A DNA stretch of 64,000 nt from the human T2T-CHM13v2.0 reference genome, Homo sapiens. Numbering within the stretch: the stretch's first letter is position 1; every line of letters starts with the position of its first letter. Under the pieces are notes generated by a model. It saw only the letters and a list, made by a program, of their open reading frames with translations. It did no database searches and was not told the origin of the DNA. Made by a program: the position numbers and the translations under genes. The stretch lies in assembly GCF_009914755.1 (NCBI RefSeq), contig NC_060940.1, one strand, 5' to 3'. Shown piece after piece: positions 41,381-56,382 of this stretch.

Positions 41381-43199
41381 TACCCTCTTTTATCTATTCT
41401 ACCATTCAGTGAAATACAAGATATAAAACATAGGGGTATAATAAAACACACTAAAATGCCCACAAGATAAAGAGATATAGAAAATATCACATCTGAATGT
41501 GAAATTATGGATTCTGTCTTATACTCTAGTCCTCATAATGTGATTGTCAGAGGTTAGTATCCTCAGGCAAGATTTCAGTAGTACTCACAGGTCACATGCT
41601 TTAATTTATTTGCAGTAGGTTATAATTCTGTACTATGGGCAAGTGGGAAACAGGTGTTCCGAATCAAATTGGAAATTATTGATGGGGGAATGTGTAGATA
41701 ATGAAGTTGCCAGAAACCAGTCAGATAGATATGGATGATTAGTGTCATTATACTCATAGAGAATGGGAAATGAGAAAGGGGAATAAAGAAAAGGAGGCAG
41801 GCAGTTCAAGACATCACAGAAGGTGATATAGAAGACTAAGCCTAAACTCTGAGTTTTACTCTGCATCTTGCTTCTTATGTGGTTTTATCTACGTTATTTA
41901 CCACTTACAGCTTCAATTCTCTCAGCTGTAATTTTATTGTGAGTGATCACATGTAAACACAATGCCTAACATTAGATAAGTGTTCAAAACATATTATCTG
42001 AAGTTCACAGAATAGGTCTGCAAATTCGGCTCATCCCTTGTCTCTGTTTCACTTAGATTTGAGTCCTACCTGCCTCCATCTGTTGAAAGACATCCTTGGT
42101 GTCTTGTAGGTGCCAGCAGCCCTGGAGAATGGAAAAGACAGGGAGCCCCATCTCTAGGAGTAGGAAGTAAGACACATATATCTCATATTTTGCATTAATT
42201 TCCCATTTTAATCCCACTAAAATGTGCATAGAGACAAATTAATCCATTCACGTGGGAAATTGGATCATTTGCCTTGACTTCCTCTTTTCAATAGCACTGT
42301 TGCCCTCATGTCAGATATCTGTACCTCCCGAGGATAGGAATCCTCGTTTTTTTACAAGGACTTTAAGGAGATGAAAGTTGCTACAGAGCTGTAAAACGTG
42401 CTGCAGAGTAAGTCAGATCTCATCCAAACAGCCACAGATAGACGTTGATGGATTTGGCAATTATATCATCTGAGCATCTAATATGTAAAAGGAACATATT
42501 TCTGTCTCTCTCTTAAAGACTTCATGGGATGCTGACCATGGCTCTGTCTCGCCTCTCTCCTCGCAGCAGTAAATTTCAATGGAATTAATAGCTGAGCTTC
42601 TTTGAGCTGGCTTTCTGATACGACTATATTAAAGGACAGCAGTAAATATTATAACTTTCATATTGATAGCCTCATCTTCCCACACATTCTCCAGTGGTGG
42701 CTGATGAAGAATCTCTAGTGCGATGATGGAGCTGTGGTTGTCTTCTTAAGGAAACCACATTGCCTAAGGTTAGGATCCTCAACGATATCTACTTTTGTTC
42801 TTCTGGGTACCATGCGTATTAATGGAAAATGTGAAATAAAAGAATGGGTAATTAAATAAGATTTTAGGGATCTTTAGATAAAAAATCTAATGTTGAGATC
42901 CCTTATTAGAGGTAAAGGGGATATTTTCACTATTTCAACAAGTATTAAAAGAGCTTGAACTTTGGCTCAGATCATGAATGCAGTGGTTAAAATGTAAAAT
43001 GCCTGTTCCTTTGGCTGGAGTATGTCACCTCACCATGGACACACTGGTTATCTCTTGCTGAATCAGCTCTGACAAGCACTGATGAATGTCTTTGATTAAT
43101 AAAACATTGGGAATCAAATTAAATATTACTGAATACATGTAGTGTCTTTGGTAGACAAGATCTTTCAATATACACAGGCTTTTCATGGGTGGAAGATAG

Positions 43200-43410
43200 T
43201 AACAGCTAATAATAAAAGTTAGATTTTACTGGGCACCTGTCATGTGATAGGCACTGTTCTGAGTGCTTTACAAGTAATGTATTTCTAATTTTTATAACAA
43301 GCCTGTAAGATAGGTTCAGTTTTTATTTTCACTTTACAAATGAGAAAAATGTAGCACTTTGGCCTGGAATTTGCAAGGTCTGGCTCAAGATATTGTTGTC
43401 TTATCCACTA
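43200..43410 (-). mobile_element. MIR
   Basis: AGGCACTGTTCTGAGTGCTTTACA..TTTACAAATGAGAAAA. Confidence 0.7.
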
Positions 43411-43452
43411 TAATATGCTTTAAAACTATTATAATAATGAGATGTTCAGTAG

Positions 43453-43900
43453 TGTAATAGGCTGAATAATGGCCACTCAAATATCGGCCCCTACCTAGTC
43501 CTTAGAACCTGAAAAATGTTTTAAATGAGGAGAGATTGTCCATGATTATCTAGAAGGGCCCTAAATCCATTGACCATTGACCTTGTCAGAGGGAGGCAGA
43601 AGGACATTGTACATGCCAAAGTGAAGAAACTGATGTGAAGACAGAGGCAGAGATTGGACCCATGTGGCCAAAAGCAAGGAAATACTATCAGCTACCAGAA
43701 GCTAGAAAAGACAAGGGATGGATTTTTTCCAAGAGCCTCCAGAGGGACAATGGCCCTGACTAAACCTGGTACCTTAATTTCATGCTAGTGAAGTAGTTGT
43801 TGATCTTCTGGGCTCTGGAAATGTGAAAGAATACATTTCTGTTACTTTAATCTACAAAGTTTGTAGAAATTTGCTAAGGCAGCCACAGAAAACCAATACA
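43453..43900 (+). mobile_element. MLT1C/D-type solo LTR
   Basis: TGTAATAGGCTGAATAATGGCC..GATGTGAAGACAGAGGCAGAGATTGGA..GCAGCCACAGAAAACCAATACA. Confidence 0.85.
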
Positions 43901-44496
43901 GATTGTGAAAGTAAGTTAACAAAAAATTTATCAAACACTTTATTATATTCATAGAGGAGAGACCATATTTAGACTAGGGTCACTTAGTGATAACTCCAGG
44001 GAGTAGAAACCATGTTTGCTGACTCCCAGCCTGACATTTTTGGCTCATAGGAAGCACTTCCTATATTTGAACCAGAATCTCCTCTTGAGTAATCACATCA
44101 AAGACTCCTCTTCCTCCAAGGAACTCTTTCTGATTTAAAGTAGCCTTAAACTTGGATAGCAGTGTTTCTTCCTCGCTACATCTCAGTTGAAATCCTGACA
44201 AAGTACCTTGTTTCAACATCTATGCTGCTTTTGAAAGAAAATGGAATTTCAACCAGCTAGAATGCAGTGTTTCCATGTTGAAAGATGTGTAACATTACTT
44301 ATCTTCTATGGCTTTTGTATTAAAAGATGTAATATGTGTACAGGGCCATCTCTAAGTAACACTTGGGTTTTTTTAATTTTATTTTATTCACTTCCTTATC
44401 AAATTATCATCCTTCTTTGGGAAGATAAAACAACTACATTTTCTGAAAGATTTTAATTTCTCATTTACACCACTGTTTGTATTTAAATGCATCAGA

Positions 44497-44791
44497 GGCT
44501 GAGCACAGTGGCTCTTGCCTGTAACCTCAGCACTTTGGGAGTCCAAGGCAGGCAGATTACGAAGTCAGGAGTTCGAGATTAGCCTGGCCAATATGGTGAA
44601 ACTCCCGTCTCTACTAAAAATACAAAAATAATCTGGGCATGGTGGTGGGTGCCTGTAGTCCCAGCTACTCATGAGGCTGAGGCAGGAGAATCACTTGAAC
44701 CCAGGAGGCAGAGGTGGCAGTGAGCCGAGATCACTCCACTGCACTCCAGCCTGGGCGACAGAGCAAGACTCTGTCAAAAAAAAAAAAAAAA
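44497..44791 (+). mobile_element. AluSg-like
   Basis: Full dimer, pure A tail, degenerate TSD aaatgcatcaga / aaaagcattaga; (CA)n follows at ~44835-44860. Confidence 0.95.
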
Positions 44792-46323
44792 GCATTAGAG
44801 ATCCATGGAAAGGTATAGCATGTTGCATGCGTGCGCACACACACACACACACACACACACAGAGCACCCAGAGGGTTTCAAATGGAAAATTCTTTTTTGA
44901 ATCATGGGATATGAAGCTTGCAGAACATCAGACAAGGCCTTGTATTCCTTGTTCCTTTTCTCCTCTCTAGACTAGAGATAATTGTTCTTGCCTTACCTCC
45001 TCCAGGAAGGCTTGGGAGTGGGGGAAGAGGTTGGTGCCACAAATTACAGGGGATCCAGCACTTTTTTAAACTGGATAATTCTATGTGCATATGAAGGATT
45101 AGAATTAAGGTGACTTAATCCATAGTTTTAAGGGCACACCTTGTTTGTGCTAATCCTCCATGTACTGAAGCAAGAAGCATGACATCTTTAAGACATTTAA
45201 GAAGTATTTACAGGTACTATGGTGGGGCTGTAAGATATAATCTTTCAGATCTTAGAGATAAATCCACATTTTATAGCATCACTTTCTCACCACTGATGTT
45301 ATTTATTTATTTATTTATTTATTTAAATATGTTGATCTCTTCTTCATGACCTCATTTAATAACGCCCTCCTTGGGGAAAACCTCCCCAATTGTTCAAGGT
45401 AGAGTCTTTTTTTTGATCCACGTCCCATGCTTATTTCATGTCCCTGTAACAGCACTTATAACTGGCCTGTAATGGATATTTTCAAGTCTGTCTCTTCTGC
45501 TAATTCCCTGAAATGCACAGGTTATTTAAGCCAATCTGCACCATCCTATTCCTAACTATGCAACTAGAATGTTAATGTATGCATAATACACCCTCTTCAA
45601 TGGTGACACCCAGAGATATCGGTAAAAGCCAAATTCTAACATCATCTTTCAATTCATCTGCTCAGCTGAATAGCATTCAGAGCTAATTCTTGACTCTGAA
45701 TTAATTTCTTTTAATATCCCTTTCCCTGGTTTCATTTCACTTGGACCACTTCCACCATTTTGACCTGGTCCTTCTCCTTGACTATGATTCGAATCCTACT
45801 CCCAAGCAAGTGACGTTCTAGTTAAAAAAATACATTTTAGAGGAGCCCTTCATAGGAAACTCACACATTGGCCTAACTACAAGACTAGGAAGATCATAAA
45901 ATATGATCTCCTCATGGTTGGGGATGTATCTCCCTATACTCCTTTATCCCTTTGACCAGGAATTTTGACATGATTTATACATTATCACTGAACACATAAT
46001 GAGAATAAATCTTAGGAAGATTAAATTAAAATACTCTAAGGACATTAAGATCTCACTGTGCTATAAAATCCTGCCCCCACTTTATTTTAATTCAGATATA
46101 ATGAACATCAACTATATGCTAGGCACTAAAGATCCAGTTATAAACCAGACATTCTGGAGATGCATACAACACAGTCCTGAAGACCAGCAGAGGAGAAAGT
46201 AGGATGTTATAACCCACAGTGAAAAGTGCTTTGGTGGGGAAAGTCCCCTATGAGAAGGAAGTAAAAGAAGAGAACCTATTCCAGACTAAATGGAGTATAA
46301 GCATAGATTCTAAACTGTAGTGA

Positions 46324-46650
46324 TGTTGGGCACAGTGGCTTATGCCTGTAATCCAAGCACTTCAGAAGATGGAAGCGGGAGAGTTTCTTGGGCCCAGTAG
46401 TTTGAGACCAACCTGGGCAACATAGGAAGACTCCATCTCTACAAATAATAAAAAAATAATTAGCAGAGTGTGGTGGTGCACACCTGTGGTCCCAGCTACT
46501 CAGAAGACTAATGTGGAAGATCTCTTGAGCCCAGGAGTTCAAGGCTACTGTGGGCTATAATCGCACCACTGCTCTCCAACCCTGGGTGACAGAGTGAGAC
46601 CCTTTCTCAAAAAATTAAAAAAATTAAAGTTAAAAGAAATAAAAAATAAA
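46324..46650 (+). mobile_element. AluJ
   Basis: Diverged dimer with TTGAGCCCAGGAGTTCAAGGCT. Confidence 0.92.
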
Positions 46651-48638
46651 AGGAAGTGACTCATGAAGGAAGAGGGATTAGTCACGTAAAAAAGGAGGGA
46701 GAAAGCAATCCTCAATTCTCCTTCTCTCATCTCTCTTTACTTTCAAAATTCTTAAAAGCATATTGAACATCTTGCAGTGTTTGAAGCTATTTCCTTCTAA
46801 TATCCTCATTTCCCTCCACTTTCTTTAGGCTATTTATCTTCATTTTGTAAAATCCTCTCTGTAATTAGTCAGATATGATAAGTAATAAAGCAACTATATC
46901 TCAGTAATTCTGGTTATAAAGTCAAACTGATTTTATAGCAGTCCTATCACAAAACTATATGGGTTATTGTTGAAAGCCGTTTAAAGTATGATCTTTGGGT
47001 TTATGCCACACCCCACGCACACAAGTTGGTTTTATTCAAAAGACACAATTGGGTGGTTCCTGTAATAATAGGGATCATAATTTTCAGTGACTACCAAAGC
47101 TCTGTTCCTTGGTATTTAAACCCAAGTTCTAAAGAATTTGTGACATTATATTTCAGGCTCTCCTCTTATGACTGGAGGTAGAGTGTTTTAAGAGGCTTAT
47201 TAAAGGTTTGAAAATACAAGTCATGTTAGCATGGAGTAACAAAGCTATTTAAAATAACTAAGGGTTGTCACCCACAGAGATTGAAACAGGTCAAAAGGTC
47301 CAGAATAACTACTGAGTTCATTTATATGCAAATACTTTCTCAGACGTGTGAGTCTTCAGCTCTGATATTTAGCAAGGCCAGCTGGAGGAGATTCTAGTGC
47401 AAGGGGTTATTACCCATTACAATCTATCTAAAAGGATATTGCATAAACTTCAAACTAAGGTTTACATAAACAATAGTAAAAGCAAATTCTCACAATTTTG
47501 TGTAGGGCTTTGCAGCGTATGGAGTCTTTAGCTCTTAGGTTCCCTCTCCCCTGTTGAATTTGATTGAGTCCTTTCCCATCACACAGATACTGATTTCTAC
47601 AGGGCAGTCATTCTCCACATTTTCATAACCACGTTTTTCTCTACTCTCTGACTTCTTTCTTGCTCTCAGAAGCTAAGCTAGGTAATAGCAGCATTTCCTT
47701 CTGTCCAGACCCCAAGGCAAAGCTGATCAGTCAACCTCTGCTTCCATTCCTCTGAACAGCTCTTGGCCACTTCAAGTGTCCAATGTAGGAGACAATAATG
47801 AAAGTGACAGTAATCATGACTATCTCATTTATGGTGTCTCAGGTGTGACCTTTAGCTCAACTTTACCAGATGGACTTGTTAGTACTATTTCCATTTCCTA
47901 GATCAGGAAATCAAACGTCTGAAAGAAAGACACATAATTTGTTATTGGCTTAGCTTGGATCCAAAATCAATTTTGTCTGACTGCAAATACCACACTCTCA
48001 TACACAGGCAGAAGTTATTCTCTGAACTTCTGCTTATACAGCCACATCATTAAAATCAAAATTCTAACTTCTGCTGTTATTACCAGAAATAAATTAACAT
48101 GGCAAAGCAAATGAAACACATTAAGTGCTCAATAAATAATATTTTTTCTTCTTATTTTATTTTTCTACTAGAATCCTTGGTAACAAGTAATATAAATTTG
48201 ATCATCTGGTACAGTGACAGGTACATGATAAGTGCTTAAGAAACATTTCCTGGGAAAAGAAATGAATGAGAAAATGAATAAATAATAAGCCAAAAAAAAT
48301 AGATGGATGGATGGTTTGAAATTTCCTAATAGTCTTTTCATTTTCATTTGAGTTTTTCTAGACTTGGAATTCCTTCAGTTTTTCTGAAAGCAGATGAGAA
48401 ATTTGGAGGGAAGGGGCTACTAGATATCTTTCTTCCATGTGGGTAAGGCATTGCAAAAGCACTTCTTAATTTTTCTATTATTTATATTTCCTCGTGTTCA
48501 TAATTGATGCTGTCTTCCTGACTCCCTCCAGTTATAACGTATACACCTAAAAGTGGTAGAGAGGTTTAATTCCACAATTATAAATATAAATTTATTATTA
48601 GGCTAACACAAAAATTATCTGCCATAAATTAGCCATCA

Positions 48639-49021
<383 letters not shown>

Positions 49022-50658
49022 AGGATGTAAATACCCAGTTGAAATTAAACTTTTAAAATAACACATTTCCCAGCACTTTTGTCATTGTAAAATTAAAGGG
49101 AATTAAACACCTCAAAGTATATCAACAGATGAAGAATGACTGTGTCACTAATTACTATATATTGATAAAGAAAATGATTGAGATTCTATATATTCTAACA
49201 TAAATGCACTGCAAAGCATATTGATAAATGGGGGGAAAAGGAAAGTCACAAAATAATACACAATGTACAACTTCATTAATGTAAAAAAAAAGTAAATCCA
49301 GACACAGGAAGCTATACATTTCATACATTTTAATATGCAAATATACATACATAATTGCTGTTAAAGGTGGCTATCCCTAGAGAGTAGAAGACTTGGAGGG
49401 TTTAGGTGAGACTTTCATATCTTTTGCTGCATATTACGCAGTTTGTGATTAAACAAACAAAACAGGGTTAGACCTTACTTCAAGATTTTACATTTTATGG
49501 GAATGATACGGGCATAAAGTCTTCCCACAGGTGTATATTCTCGGTGGAAAAATCCCTGTGTTCATATTTATAACATACTCTTCTTATATTTATAACTTTT
49601 GTGCTTGTGGAATTAAAACAACTATAATAACAAGTGAATTAATTTGAAGCATTACTTGAATAGCAAATCTAGGTCTTTACCTTGCTAATGAAAATATCAA
49701 AAATAATCAAGTCCCCGTTCCTTCATACTATACTTGTGAAAACTTACACCAAGGTAAGGAAGGTTACCAGGTGAAATTACACAGCAAACTCCCAATAGAG
49801 TCAAGGAATATACAAGTTGAAAGCCACATTTGGATTGATTATTTGGGTCTTATTTTTATTCTGAAATCAAAGCGAGTAAATAGAGTTTGATCTAAATAGA
49901 ATTTGAAGGATTTAGTTATCTTAGTGGTGGCAGTGTGTGTTTATTCCACAATACAGAGTAGGCAGAGGTGATATTTAACAATTAGAAAACACTAAGGTAT
50001 AATCATGCTTTGCTCTTGGTGTTAGTCTGCTGAATACCACTCCTCCCCCTTTCTTTGATCTCATCCTTGCAATTTGAAAGCCAGAGGAATGATAAATGGC
50101 CATGAAATACAGACAAAGATTCCTTTTGTTTGTCCCACAGAATAGGAAGATGGTCAAATTGATCAGTCATCAAGCTATAATGATCTGAAATAAATACCAG
50201 CCTCTTTGATGTGGCTTAGGAATGCCAGCATCATGGAAGAGATCATTCTTCTGACTTTCATATAATTGAATGATTATGTCTGTTTATGAATGAGCTTCCT
50301 TAATTGCTAACTGGTAATCTGGCATCCTGACATGAGTGTATGTGAACTGTGATCCCTCACCCTGCACAAGGGAAAAAAGATTGATCTAAGAGGAATGAAT
50401 GGAGAGAGAGTTCTCCAAATTAGAAATAATCGAAGCAGAGAGCAGGTGATGAGAAAAAGGCACAAACATTACTCTACCTGCCCTCAAAGAAATGACACTG
50501 ATTCATCTGAATCAGGCTACAGCCAGGATCTCTGACAGGTACATATTTGTTTATAGAAAACCCCAAGAAAATACGAGAGTCAGTGGGATATTTCCATTTA
50601 TAAGAAGAGCAAAACCTGCAAAGGCTTAACTATCCTGATCTTGGGGAAGTGTAATATA

Positions 50659-50659
<1 letters not shown>

Positions 50660-50741
<82 letters not shown>

Positions 50742-50770
50742 GATAGATATAGATATATATAGATATAGAT

Positions 50771-50818
<48 letters not shown>

Positions 50819-50822
50819 ATAT
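50660..50822. repeat. Compound (TA)n(CA)n(TA/GA)n(CA)n microsatellite
   Basis: Visible directly, ~160 bp. Confidence 0.98.
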
Positions 50823-52542
50823 AAAGCTACCTGAGCTGGTAATTGAAAGGTATCTGAATAGATCAAGAAATACAAGAAAAATGTTAAAAATGCACCTACT
50901 GAAATAAAATAGATGTTGGAGCTAGCAAATATTGTTTTGGCAACATACCATTTTTATTTACTTACTGTGCTACATGAGCAAATTTGCTAACTTTCTGATA
51001 TCTATTTCCTTCCTCTCTCTCAAAAAGAGGACAATGGGATCACAATTATCTTATTGTGATGACTAAAAGAGGTTACGAAAGTGGCATTGTCCAGTAAAAA
51101 GTACTGAGCATGTGGTAGGAACTATCTTTACTTTCTTTTGTTTAACTTGGAATTCAACAAAGGCAGTGGTGTCAACATCTTACCAGACTTTACAAGACAA
51201 CTGGTAATTTACATTTATTCACAAACACTTTTCTGAGGAATTTCTCCTTCAAAATACAGTAAACTTCATTCATCACTCATTTATTTCTTGTATTTTAGGT
51301 ATTTAAAACCTCAGTGATCATGATTATTTTAGACTTTTTACAGTTTTTTTATATACTACACTCTCAGGTTCTTATCTCTACTCCCATCCACTTCTCACTA
51401 TTAATGGAACATTTTTCAAATTTGGATATCTTATGGATAATTCATGTGCAAACTGATAATACATTTCTTAAACCACTACTAAAATTTTCTTTCAGAACAT
51501 CTCTTATTTGATTACTACATTCATTTCTAATTTGGACAGCTCAAAAAAAATGTACTAGACTTCATTATGTGACAATAACTGGGCAAGGCACAAAACTGAT
51601 ACCTTTCCCACTTTCGTGAAGCTTATTACCTTGAGGAAAATATAGATATATTTAAATTACTGTAAAAAAATTATGTTACAATCTGTGGAATAAGATACCC
51701 AGAGGCCACTGGGTAGGGAGAACTCCTCCAGTGGAAATTAGGGGCAATTTCCTAGAAGAAAGAATGTGTGATATGTAACATAATGTGTGTATATATATGC
51801 AATGTGTGTATCCTTATAATGTTTACGTGTATGTTATATATATACACATGATGTGCCTGTTGATGATGACAATGATGAGCTTATCCCACACAGAAGGAAA
51901 AGTCTGTGCAAAGGTTCTACATCTAGAAGTAATATGGCATATTTCAGTGAGAAATAGATCAACGTGGTTGGAAAGCAAACTGCTGAAGAAATCATGGCAG
52001 CAGATGGCTTGGAGACAAGATTCATATTAATCTCTCTTCTCTGAGACCCATTTTCCAGCTCAAACCAAAGTATAATTTTGTCAGGGATAATCAACCACTT
52101 TCTCCATCTTATTCCCTAGGCCCCGTTACCAAGATTGTGAACTTATGATGATCTTTTGGGATCTTCCTGCTTTCCCTCACCCACAGCATCAACCTGATTA
52201 TTTCCTCATACTCTTACCATACATGTAACTTTAGCTGGTCCTCTTCTCTTCAATCCCCCACCTGTTTTCATATGTCCAAATAGGGGCATATTTGTCCTTA
52301 TCAAATATGTCATTTTCATACAGTCATTATCCTTTAAAGAAAAACGAAATCCTATCATGATGTTGCCTCAGACAAAATTCCCCATTGCTTTAAAGCTAAG
52401 ATTGTTAATTCTACACAAGAACACAGACCCATTCTATAATCCTGCCTACATTTTCCAGCAAAATAACTAAATGCATGTGCAGTAGATGAATGAATAAATT
52501 ATCTAAACTACATTTTCCCTCTCTTCTTTTCCAATTACCCAC

Positions 52543-52700
52543 TGGCAATGGTTCTCAAATCATCGTGTGCTTCAGAATATTCCTAGAAAGTGTCTTAACA
52601 TTCAGATGTGCAAGCCCTATGTCTTCTGATGTTTATCCATAAAGTCAGGTTCAGGTCGAGAGTATGAATATTTAACACAGAGATTCTCTGCTTACAAACT
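52543..52700. mobile_element. MER5-like hAT MITE remnant
   Basis: CAATGGTTCTCAAA..TCAGAAT..ATTCAGAT..GCCC..ATTTAACA. Confidence 0.5.
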
Positions 52701-53524
52701 AAAATTTAAGATGTAATGTCTTCTGTGGGTTAACAAACTCTCTCCCTTTTCTAATGACAATAAGACCTTTGGTTAACTTTCTCCACTCCTCTGGGGATTT
52801 GGTCAAGGTAGATTATCATGTGTTATTAAGCAACATGGCTTATGGCAAAAACAACCCCTGATTATTAAGTTGTGTCTGAATTGGAGTTTCTATATATAGA
52901 TCACACAAAAATTTGATTTAGAGCTCCAACTTTGGAATTCCATAAGTAGAGGACTCTAACTGTAATGTCCTATGTGGAAATTCTGGAAGCCATGCTCTGG
53001 AGTGATTGATACTGGCTCATGTTGGAGATAAGTTTCTAAATTAGGCTGGATTACACACCTTCAAGGTATGAGTTTTCTTTCATTACCTGAACTTTCACCT
53101 GGTAGAGGTAAGGGAATCTGGCAAAAAATACTTCCTATCTAGCTGTGTGAACAGTGGACTTCTACAAGGGCATACTGACTGGCTAGTATGCTGTGTGCTT
53201 CCTGGACTAAATCCTTCTGAGTAGCTGCAGCTAGGCATAGCTTGTGATAGTCTTGTAAATGTTAGTATTTATTTGGAGCTAAGAAGAAGAGCCCTTGGTG
53301 GGTATTGTCTCTAACATTAATATGTATGCTTTCTCAAACCCTATAATTTCATGCCTTCATATCTTTGCTCACACTATCTTCCTCTTGGATGTAGCTCCCC
53401 ATCCTGCTCTACCATCCTCCAAGGTTTGCCTTAAATGCTTCTTTAACTTTTTTAGTTCTTCCTCAAGGAAGAATAAATTGTTTCCTTCTCTGTACTTGCA
53501 TTGCATGACACCATGTCCATGTTC

Positions 53525-53826
53525 TTTTTTTTTTTTTTTTTTTTTTTTGGAGACAAGAGTTTCACTCTTGTTGCCCAGGCTGGAGTGCAATGATGTGATC
53601 TTGGCTCACTGCAACCTCTGCCTCTGGGTTCAGGCAATTCTCCTGCCTCAGCCTCCCAAGTAGCTGGGATTACAAGCATGTACTACAATGCACAGCTAAT
53701 TTTGTACTTTTTTTTTAGTAGAGACAGGGTTTCAGGCTAGTCTCAAACTCACGACCTCAGGTGAACCACCCGCCTCGGCCTCCTAAAGTGCTGGGATTAC
53801 AGGCATGTGAGCCATGGCACCCGGCC
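53525..53826 (-). mobile_element. AluSq/Sp-like with ~12 bp deletion in the left arm
   Basis: GAGTTTCACTCTTGTTGCCCAGG..GCAATG; TSD cca(tg/ca)ttctttttt. Confidence 0.94.
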
Positions 53827-55419
53827 CACATTCTTTTTTTAGTACTTACTGTCATTACAGTTATCTGTAAAGTGTCTGTCTCTCTTCTTGAGGGCACTAT
53901 GTGACTTTGCATTTTGAAGTTCCAATGTCTTGCACAATTCCAGGAACAGAATAAATGAACAGCTGTTTGTGAATCCCCACTAAATCACTGAGATGATACT
54001 GGGTGTCTTGAGATCAAGTTCAAATCATACGACTTCTTCAAGATTTAGGCAATAGCTACTTCCTTAAGAGATTCTTTTTCTACAACTCTATATGCCTCAT
54101 TCCTGGGACTTAGTCTCTTTCTTTTAATGATTCATATTACTTTCAATTGTTGTGTGGTTGCATTATTATCATGACTGTAAATCAGTTATCATGTGCCTAA
54201 TTTTCTCCCCTCAGAATATTCCACTCTTGAGAGAAGGAGTCATATCTTAATCTTTACATTGTTTAAAATGCCAAAATTGAAAAGTGAATGCAAAGGACAT
54301 GCAATAAAAAGTTTTTAAAAATACATTAAACTGCAGTTTCAGGATTTAATGATTTAGATTATGGTTGTTTAAGAATCTGTTTATTAAGTTGTTAAAATGG
54401 GTCTGATTTTGCTAACTTCTAAATAAAAGAACACATTTCGCCTTGTTCCATAATCATTATTTCCATTCAAATAGCAGTTGCTAGTTCACAAACCACTTTT
54501 ACATTCATTATGTTATGTGATCCAGATAATAGTATTTTATAAATACGGAGAAGGTATGAAATAAAGGAAAGAGCACTGATTTAGAACCAAAGAGAACTAA
54601 CTGTTCAACTCTGTCTCCAGGACTTGAAGAAGACATATAAATTATTTCATGAAGTTTAACATGAAAAATAAAGATGTTGTAACCTGCAATGATTGATAAA
54701 ATTTTAAATTTCTGTGATCACCTTATTTTATGAAGTAAGCAAAAAATAGCATATTTCAGCCGAGTTAAAACTGCAACTACTTGTAAAAAAAAAAGGAAAA
54801 GTAATAATCAGTTACTACGGAGCACAAAAATGTTTGAGTCCCTAAACAATGCCATTATTCTGAGCAGCCTCAAGGAGATTTAACAAATAAACATTAGAAT
54901 TCTGCATCTATTAGATCCTAAGTACATAAAATAACAATATCATTTTTCAAGGTAACAATCTCGGAAGAGACTGAATAATGAAAAGTAGGGCCATTCTTCT
55001 ATTAAGAATTGGAGTCCACACTATAGTAAGACCCAGTTCTAGGTCTTGGAAGGAACTGTTACTTCTGATGATACTTTGAGATGTAGCTTGACCTTTTCCT
55101 TTTTCCTTCGGCTGAAAATGGAAGCCAGGTAGTCTGTCTAGTACTCGCTTCACCTGCAAAACTGAATTTTCTTAGAATATTGGTGTACCATGTCTAAAGA
55201 CAAATAGTAAGTAACTAGGTAGCCTAGGTGGTAGATGTCAGCTCTAGCTTCTATGTTCAAATCACTAAAAACAAATGCCCCATTTTCTTTCAAATTCAGA
55301 GTCTAGTGTGAACAATACATAATTAAAGAAAATACCTAATTCGATTGGTTTTTTGGGTAGCAAATGAGCGATTATAATGCCTTATTTTTGCCCTACACCT
55401 GAAAAACTTGTAGTTCAGG

Positions 55420-55512
55420 AAGATAGGTAGAAAAGTAGGCAGGCAGGTAGATTAGATAGATGAACAGCTAGCTAGCTAGCTAGATAGATGATAGATAGAT
55501 AGACAGACAGAC
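55420..55512. repeat. Mixed (TAGA)/(CAGA)/(TAGC) tetranucleotide tract
   Basis: Visible directly. Confidence 0.85.
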
Positions 55513-55527
55513 ATAAGGAAAAGGCTG

Positions 55528-55883
55528 GAGATAGTAAAATGATGATTACCAGAGGCTGGGAAGGGTAGTGGGGGTAGAGGTAGGGCAGAGAGTGAGGATG
55601 GTTTATTGGTACAAAACTGTAGTCAGATAGGATGAAAAGATATAGTATTTGATAGCACAACAGGATGACTAGAGTGAACAATAATTTATTGTACATTTAA
55701 AAATAACTAAAAGAGTATAACTGGATTGTTTGTAAGACAAAGAGAGGTTAAACGTTTGAGGTGCCAGATATCCCGTTTACCCTGATGTGGTTATTATGCA
55801 TTATATGCCTGTATCAAAATATCTTACATAACCCATAAATATATATACCTACTATGTGCCCACAAAAATTAAAAGGAAAAAAA
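55528..55883 (+). mobile_element. L1MA2/3-like 3' end
   Basis: TACCAGAGGCTGGGAAGGGTAGTGG..TACCTACTATGTGCCCACAAAAATTAAAA; TSD-like aaaa(g/a)gctggag on both sides. Confidence 0.9.
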
Positions 55884-55929
55884 GCTGGAGGTATTTAACT
55901 TCCTATCTGATGGCTTCAAAGTTGGTTAT

Positions 55930-56382
55930 TGCCATGGTTTGAGTGTTCTCACCAAAACTCATGCTGGGACATTAATCTCAGTGCAGAGATGTTGGGAGGT
56001 GAAACCACTAAGAGGCGGGGCCTAATGGTAGACACTGGGCCATGGGGCCTCCACCCTTGTGGACAGAGTCCTGCAGTGAGTCAATCCTCTCTCTCCAGAG
56101 ACGACATTAGTTTTGGTGGAATGGATCAGTTCCCAAGAGAGAGGGTTGTTATAAATCAAGGTCTCCCCTCCTGTTTGGCTCCTTTGGCTTTGTCTGCTTT
56201 CCCTTTGACCTTCCAGCATGTTATGAGATAGCATGAAATCCTCAGGAGAAACCAGACAGATGCAGGCGCCATTCTTGTTGGACTTCTCAGTTCCAGAGAA
56301 TCCTGAGCCAAGAAACCTCTTTTCTTTAGAAATTATCCAGTCTTAGGTATTCTGTTTTAGCAACAGAAAACAGACTAGGGCA
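55930..56382 (+). mobile_element. MST-family solo LTR (MSTC/MSTB2/MSTD-like)
   Basis: TGCCATGGTTTGAGTG..AAAACTCATG..TATTCTGTTTTAGCAACAGAAAACAGACTA. Confidence 0.82.

Noticed and set aside
43028-43045. REST/RE1-like CACCATGGACA (also TTCAGC-ATGGACA at ~60394)
   Set aside because: Only half of the motif or the wrong spacing
50598-50875. CVCV/YIYI ORFs
   Set aside because: Microsatellite translations
55557-55587. G-quadruplex-like G tracts
   Set aside because: Ordinary G-rich segment of the L1 3'UTR
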